Below the pieces are notes generated by a model that saw only the letters and a program-made list of their open reading frames with translations, ran no database searches and was not told the DNA's origin. The translations under genes were made by a program, and so were the position numbers. A stretch of 24,337 bases of DNA from Deltaproteobacteria bacterium (GTDB lineage: Bacteria > Myxococcota_A > UBA9160 > SMWR01), in the NCBI GenBank assembly GCA_032128375.1, contig JAQBGU010000122.1, positions 1 through 24,337 on the forward strand, in the 5' to 3' direction. This document shows, in pieces, positions 18,935 to 24,337 of the stretch (position 1 is its first letter; each line of letters opens with the position of its first letter).

Positions 18935-19675
18935 TCAGCCGTCTTCCGCATACCCCAACGCTTCCAGTCGCAACTGGAAGCTGCTCCAACGCGGCCCCTA
19001 CCGGCAGGTGTTTGATAGATGTGCACGAACAGAAAGAACGGCTGGTCTGAACCTGCGAGATGATTGAGGTGCTTCATCGAAGCGGAAAACCCGGTCCCGT
19101 CTCCATCCGCCGGGGTCGAGTACGTTGCAAAGCCCCGGGCAAGCCGATATCGCCTTGCATGTTCCCCCCACTCGTGTGCGCATGCGTGCGGTAGCCAGCC
19201 GCATGCAGGAATTCGGCGAGTGTCGGGATATCAGCACTCAGGCTTCCCAACCAGCCCTCCGCGCCATTCAGGCGATTCTGGACACGATGAGATTCGGGAT
19301 ACAAGCCCGTCATCAGACTCATGTGAGAAGACGCAGTCTTGGGTGAGTGACTGAATGCGTGCTCGAACAGCACGCCATCGGCCGCGAGCCGATCGATGCG
19401 CGGACTCGTCGGCCGGTCGTGGCCGTATGCAGAAAGACGGTCGGCACGCAGCGTATCGATCGAGATGAGCACCAGATTGGGCGTCCGGGTACCACGTTGC
19501 GGGATGGCGTATCGATGCGCTCCGGCAGTCGAGGCGGACTCAGCTGGTCGAGCGATGGGCCATCACAGCCGACACTCAACACGGCCAACACGGCCAACAC
19601 GCCCCCTGCGACGGCCGATACCACTACCCCTACCGCCATCGAGACAGGTGATTCGCCCGCAGAGCACACCCACAT
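18935..19675 (-). pseudogene. Sulfatase-like hydrolase/transferase (lipoprotein), multiply frameshifted and internally deleted
   Basis: Pieces in successive frames: lipobox VLSVGC...PGRP | NLVLISIDTLRADRLSAYG...SPKTASSHMSLMTGLYP...TLAEFLHAAGYRT...GDIG | ARGFATY...PFFLFVHIYQT | ...LRLEALGYAEDG-TGA (stop at 18935-18937). The central half of the enzyme (SDHG motif etc.) is absent. Confidence 0.85.
18960..18981. repeat. Perfect 9-bp inverted repeat (possible terminator-like hairpin near convergent gene ends)
   Basis: GCTTCCAGT-CGCA-ACTGGAAGC, about 60 bp after the stop of 17273-18898. No U-tract follows. Confidence 0.3.
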
Positions 19676-19725
19676 GGCTCGGTTATAGCCAACCGATCTC
19701 GACCGTGCGATCGATGCGCCAGACA

Positions 19726-21321
19726 CTACTCGGCGCGATACTGGCGCACTTCCATGATCGTGCCGGTCCCGAACTGGCGAAACTTGCCGAGAAAGGCGAT
19801 CTCGGTGTAGCCGTGGGTTCCCAGTGCTTCGGGTCTCAGCGGATAGTTGACATTGGCGCGCACCCACACGATGAACACGCGACCACTCGATCCGGCCAGC
19901 GCTTTCGCCTCCGCGAGCGTTTCTGTCGACTCGCGCACCAGCGCATTCTTGTCTCGAAGTAGACGGACATCGTTTTGAGCTCCCAGGTGATTCGCACCCG
20001 CTCGCGGAAACGAAACCAAACGCGCATCGTGCGAGAACCGCTTAAAATAGTATGCCAACGAAGCCCGACTCAGCGAGGTCGTGACGACCACATCCCCTGG
20101 CTGGGACGCTTTCACGATCGCGGCTGCGGCCGCTCGATCGCCTCCAACGACCTCGGTATCCCGATACGCGTCATACATCTCGAATTTCGCCACCATCGCC
20201 AACGCCAGGATGGCCAACCCGATCGACCCGCGAACAGCGACCGGGCGCAAGCAGGCGGTGCCGATGCCAAACAGCAGCGCGAATTCGGGAAGCATCATCT
20301 GGTCCACACGGCCTGGTACATAATGTGGCGTCAACCACAACGACAGCATCAACGAGCTCAACGCGGGCGCGGCCAGACCGATCGCAGGCCACAGCGCGAC
20401 CGCGGCCCCCGCCGAGCCGATTCGCCGAATCGACAGCCAGCCGCCCAGGCAAGCAAGTGCACACGCGCCGAGCGTGGGGATAGACCACAGGGTCTTGAAC
20501 GAGCCAAGCCAGCCATAGTTCAAGTACTCGAGACTCGGTGAAAACGATCGCAGTGACATGACAATCGTTCCCATTACACCGTGATGGTTCCACAGTGGCA
20601 GGTACCACGCGTAATGGTCTTCGTTCCCGAGCTGCGCCAACAGCGTAGGTACCCACGGCACGTAGGCCACGGCGACGACCATCGCAGCCAGCGCCCACAT
20701 CCGAATCCGCGAAATCAGCTGGCCGGACACCGCAATGATTGCTGCGAAGGCAACAACCGCGTGTGCCGCGAAGTTGTGGTTGTAAAGCGCCAAGGTCGCC
20801 GCGCCGACCCACATCGCGAAATCGCGCGGTCGCCCGTCTCGGAGGTAGCGCACCAGCCCGGCCAGCGAGAGCAGGAAAAACAATCCGATCCACACGTACA
20901 TGCGTATCTGCTGCGAGAAAAAGCTCTGGCTGGGATTGACCGCGAGATAGAATGCCGCCCACAATCCCGCCCGCGATGATGCGAGGTCGCGCGCTACCCA
21001 CCAGGTCAAGCCAACCAACACCACCCCGCTGATGACCGAGAGCATCCGCAGAGCGACCGCGGAATCACCAAATAACGCGCTCCACGCGTGAACTGCAAGG
21101 TAGTAGAGCGGCGGGCTCGAATCGGCTCGAAGCCTGCCGAAGAGATCTGCGACCGGCTGTTCGGCCGTGAGAATCAGGTTGGCCTCGTCGACCCAGACGT
21201 CCGGGAAGTCCATCTCGTACAGCCGAAATACCGCGGCCAGGGTGAGGATCACGAGAAGCCAGTTGTGATCGCGCTGTGTGGTCTCGGCGGAACCAGGCGA
21301 GAGCGCAGGCTCGTTGTTCAC
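19726..21321 (-). CDS. GT39/GT83 (PMT/ArnT-like) glycosyltransferase, GT-C fold
   Basis: DVWVDEA, DSSPPLYY, LRMLSVISG, SQQIRMY and LALYNH, followed by a soluble C-terminal domain. GTG 21321 overlaps the upstream TGA (GTGA), so it is preferred to ATG 21372. Confidence 0.87.
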   Translation of the reverse strand: MNNEPALSPGSAETTQRDHNWLLVILTLAAVFRLYEMDFPDVWVDEANLILTAEQPVADLFGRLRADSSPPLYYLAVHAWSALFGDSAVALRMLSVISGVVLVGLTWWVARDLASSRAGLWAAFYLAVNPSQSFFSQQIRMYVWIGLFFLLSLAGLVRYLRDGRPRDFAMWVGAATLALYNHNFAAHAVVAFAAIIAVSGQLISRIRMWALAAMVVAVAYVPWVPTLLAQLGNEDHYAWYLPLWNHHGVMGTIVMSLRSFSPSLEYLNYGWLGSFKTLWSIPTLGACALACLGGWLSIRRIGSAGAAVALWPAIGLAAPALSSLMLSLWLTPHYVPGRVDQMMLPEFALLFGIGTACLRPVAVRGSIGLAILALAMVAKFEMYDAYRDTEVVGGDRAAAAAIVKASQPGDVVVTTSLSRASLAYYFKRFSHDARLVSFPRAGANHLGAQNDVRLLRDKNALVRESTETLAEAKALAGSSGRVFIVWVRANVNYPLRPEALGTHGYTEIAFLGKFRQFGTGTIMEVRQYRAE

Positions 21322-23201
21322 GAACCGGCTCGGCTGTTTCGCGATCTGGTTCGGTGCCCACGCACTTCCCATCCGATGGGGCCATCGCGCTGCTCCCAGC
21401 TGGGACGGAGCGGCGCAGACCCCACCTGAACGACCTGGACGTATCGTTTGTGAGCCCAGTCGAGCAGATTCTGGCCGTAGTCCGTACCGAAGAGCGCGAG
21501 TCCGTACTCGGATGTATCGCGGTGGACGAGTGCTACGAAATCGGGCGGGTTGGCTTTGAGGTCCTCGAGAATTTCGTTCTCACCGAATACCTCCAACTCG
21601 GGCGGCATGAAATTCAGATGTCGGGTCGGGTTGATTCGACGTGTTAGGTAGTTGACCATCACACCCTCGGGCATCACCAGCAGCGTCGCGTGCGGAGGCA
21701 GCCTTCTTTCGACCCAATCTGTCAAGTTCACCGCCACACGCGGGCGGCGCTTCGGTTCGGCCCAAAAGCGGTCGCCCTCTGTTCCCACGACGACTGTCTT
21801 CGCGGTTGAAGATCGTTCTGATTCGAGCAGGCAGCCCAACGAGACCAGACCGAGCAGTGCCAGTGCTGCCCGACCGAACAATCGGCCGTCGCCGGACCGC
21901 CGCCGGATCGCGACCGGAACTGTGTGTAACAGCGCATAGACCAACACGAGCGCCCCAGGTACGAGCAATGCGAACCCGTAGCCGGCCATCCACGGCTTCA
22001 AGAATATCTTTGCGAGCAGCGCGAGGCCGAGGACCGAAAGACAGAGTTCGAGAATCGCGCGCGGCGCGCCCTCTTCGGATGGCCTTTGCCACATCTTGAC
22101 CGCCGCAATCGTCGTGGTGACGGCGAGAAAGATCACGATCGGTCGAAAGACGCCCTCCCATTCGTACCAACCGGCCGCGAAGGGTGCGACCGCGACGACC
22201 GCGAGCGGGAGCGCAATCGCGAGACGATCGCGCAGCACTTGATTCGACACGACGATCGATCCGATGAGTGCCGGGAGCAACACTGCCGCCCATACGCCAG
22301 CGGCGACCGCCATCTGCAACAGGTTTTCGACCGGCTCGTCGATGCCCATGATCCATCGGTAGAAGTACAGCGACCGAACCTCGGAAGTGACGAGATGCGA
22401 CCACCCCCCGGCCGCCCCGGCGATGGCGTCCGGGATCGGCATCGCCTGCGCGAGCAACACCACAGCCCCGATACCCGGCACCACTGTGCTGCCGAACAGG
22501 ATCACCAATCGACGAAGTGGAGGAGTTGAACCCGGAGGGGGCGTCCGCAGCGAAGCCAACATGCCGACGCCGATCGCCAGGCTCGCAGCCGCGAACACCT
22601 CGGGCTTCGTCAATGCCGACAGGCCCAGGCCGAACCCGGCGAGCGAAAGGTCGAGCGTTCGGCCGCGTTCCAGGTGGCGTGCAAAGAACCAGATCGACAG
22701 CAGCGAAAGCGCGACTCCATGGGTAATGCCGTGCGAATAGGGCGCCAGCCAATTCATGTTTCCGGCGATTCCGATCAGATTGACTGCGAAAACGCACAGG
22801 AAGACCGCGACGCCAACCGTCGCGACAATCCTGCCGCCGAACAGCCGCGGGCCATCCGACCGGACCAGGCGTTTCAGCAGCCCGAAGATCAATGCAGACG
22901 TCCCGGCGATGACGACGATATTCGCCATCTCCAGCGTTCGCAGCGCGACCCCGAAAATCCCAAACCAAAGCGCATTCCAGTACGGCGAGAACGGCCCGTC
23001 CAGGTAGGCGATGTCGCGATACAGAACCTGGCCTTCGCTGAGGCGCCAAGGGACGTAGAGTTCGCGGCCGAAGTCGACCAGTGGATCGACCCATCCCGCC
23101 CAGTTGCGCGCAAACAGAAACACCGCGAGACCGACCAGTCCAAACAGCGGTGCGAGAGATCTGATCACGTCAGGATGGCGCCGGCGGGCGGCTCCCAACA
23201 T
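21318..23201 (-). CDS. GT-C-like (ArnT/PMT-related) polytopic membrane protein
   Basis: VDFGRELY...GQVLYRDIAYLDGPFSPY, LTKPE, many TM helices, and TLLVMPEGVMVNYLTRRINPTRH. The start is uncertain (ATG 23201, GTG 23168 or 23255). Confidence 0.75.
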   Translation of the reverse strand: MLGAARRRHPDVIRSLAPLFGLVGLAVFLFARNWAGWVDPLVDFGRELYVPWRLSEGQVLYRDIAYLDGPFSPYWNALWFGIFGVALRTLEMANIVVIAGTSALIFGLLKRLVRSDGPRLFGGRIVATVGVAVFLCVFAVNLIGIAGNMNWLAPYSHGITHGVALSLLSIWFFARHLERGRTLDLSLAGFGLGLSALTKPEVFAAASLAIGVGMLASLRTPPPGSTPPLRRLVILFGSTVVPGIGAVVLLAQAMPIPDAIAGAAGGWSHLVTSEVRSLYFYRWIMGIDEPVENLLQMAVAAGVWAAVLLPALIGSIVVSNQVLRDRLAIALPLAVVAVAPFAAGWYEWEGVFRPIVIFLAVTTTIAAVKMWQRPSEEGAPRAILELCLSVLGLALLAKIFLKPWMAGYGFALLVPGALVLVYALLHTVPVAIRRRSGDGRLFGRAALALLGLVSLGCLLESERSSTAKTVVVGTEGDRFWAEPKRRPRVAVNLTDWVERRLPPHATLLVMPEGVMVNYLTRRINPTRHLNFMPPELEVFGENEILEDLKANPPDFVALVHRDTSEYGLALFGTDYGQNLLDWAHKRYVQVVQVGSAPLRPSWEQRDGPIGWEVRGHRTRSRNSRAGS

Positions 23202-23339
23202 CGCAAGTCGACCCGAAACCGAACCTGCGTAGCGCAGAGACACCAGACAGGGCACATGGGCTGGGAATAGCCCACCAATAACGCTTCTGCGAGCCGACTG
23301 CTCCCGAACGAAGTCGACGACTCACCAACCCGCGGACGT

Positions 23340-24266
23340 TCAGGTTGACCGTCGGTTCAGATCTTGGACAATGCCACAGAGCCCCTCGATTCCTTCGGCC
23401 CAGGAGAGTCGATTCGTGGCCTCCCGAGCCACGAAGGCAAAGAACGCGCCTTCGGCCTCGCAGGCCTTGCGCACATCCTGGCGATCAAAGTCGCTGTCAG
23501 CACGCACCAACACGTCCGCCAGACGCTGCTTCACGCGAGGCGGAGTCTGTTCCAGTGGCTCTGCGGCTCCGTGGCTCGAACGCAGGTTGCCGGGCCGATT
23601 GCGCACCGCCAGACACTCTCCGCTTCCCGCCAGTGAGGCCAACAACACGTTGTACGACCAGCGACCCTGGTAGTCGAAGTCCGCTCCTTCCTTCTGGACC
23701 CCGTAGAGGGGCTTGGTGTGACCGTCCAGATCCACCACCGCTACGTCCCGCTTCTGCTTCCGCTTCCCGGACAGATTCCCCCACACCGCGTCCTGGACCA
23801 CATCGGTTGCCGCGCGAAGACCCGCAAGTGCTCCGGGGTTGCGCCGTTCATCGAACCGACGCAGGAAGTCTCCCGCTGTCGTCGGGTCTGGAAGCCGGCA
23901 CGCGCCCAGCATCCGAAGCACGCCCTCGTCGTGCTGCAGCGTCGCCTGGTCCTCCAGACACTCCCCGCCGACATACAGGTTGAGCGCTTGCGCCAAAACG
24001 TGGTCCGACTCGTGGAATGGAAGATGAAGCTTCAACACGTGGACCCGGTCGTCGATCTCCTGCGCCACGCGAAAGCGCTTGAGAAACGCTGCAGCCAGTG
24101 CCAAGCCACCGAACGAGGTGACCGTGGAGCGTTCATCCACTTCCAGATGCAACCGCGGCAGCCGGGTCACACGACCCGACGTCTCAGGCCAGGCGAGCTC
24201 TTCTTCTGAAATTCCCGTGCCTGTGTTGACGTGACTTGCTCGCTCGTACGCTGTAGCTTTCTTCAC
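23340..24266 (-). pseudogene. IS1380-family transposase, 3'-truncated
   Basis: VTSFGGL, PDPTTAGDFLRRF, VDLDGH..LYGVQKEGA.F.Y.G, RNRPGN.RSSHGA and VLVRADSDF. It is only 308 aa and ends shortly after the second catalytic Asp region, so the Glu-bearing C-terminal part is missing. Confidence 0.87.
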
Positions 24267-24337
24267 TTGGGAGCGTCGCTTTCTGGAGGATCAGGTGTTC
24301 TGGAAAACCCAGATTACACCAGGAAGCGCGCTCCCGT
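23384..24337 (-). mobile_element. Partial IS1380-family insertion sequence; its left end probably lies beyond the window
   Basis: Transposase motifs plus a structured 5' leader. No matching terminal IR pair or target duplication is visible in the window. Confidence 0.75.
24269..24335. repeat. Long imperfect inverted repeat immediately upstream of the transposase start codon
   Basis: GGGAGCGTCGCTTTCTGG (24269-24286) pairs with CCAGGAAGCGCGCTCCC (24319-24335), with one bulge and one mismatch. Inner TCTGG/CCAGA is also complementary. Confidence 0.65.

Noticed and set aside
19577..19600. Tandem repeat of CAACACGGC-type units
   Set aside because: Simply encodes VLAVLAVL in the signal peptide.

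Overview
GC-rich bacterial DNA, densely coding. It appears to be a large cell-envelope glycoconjugate building and tailoring locus, ending in a truncated IS1380-family element. The + strand block (1-7866) holds the 3' end of a NodU/CmcH/SxtI-type carbamoyltransferase, a Trm112-like/class I SAM methyltransferase, two membrane-anchored SGNH proteins, a frameshifted lipoprotein sulfatase and a polytopic spermidine-synthase-like protein. A convergent - strand block (14670-7943) reads MBOAT, SGNH fragment, SAM methyltransferase, acyl carrier protein, SDR, AMP-dependent ligase and alkaline-phosphatase-superfamily protein; this parallels the Dlt/AlgI logic of moving an acyl group across the membrane. 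Four GT-C-like polytopic membrane proteins (three apparently paralogous) and a broken Thr-type sulfatase-like gene follow. Three frameshifts are each repaired by adding one base to a short homopolymer, which suggests long-read assembly error. Two apparent internal deletions (MBOAT/SGNH junction, second sulfatase) are either real decay or misassembly. No rRNA, tRNA or CRISPR array was seen. All product calls come from motifs recognised by eye; no database searches were run.
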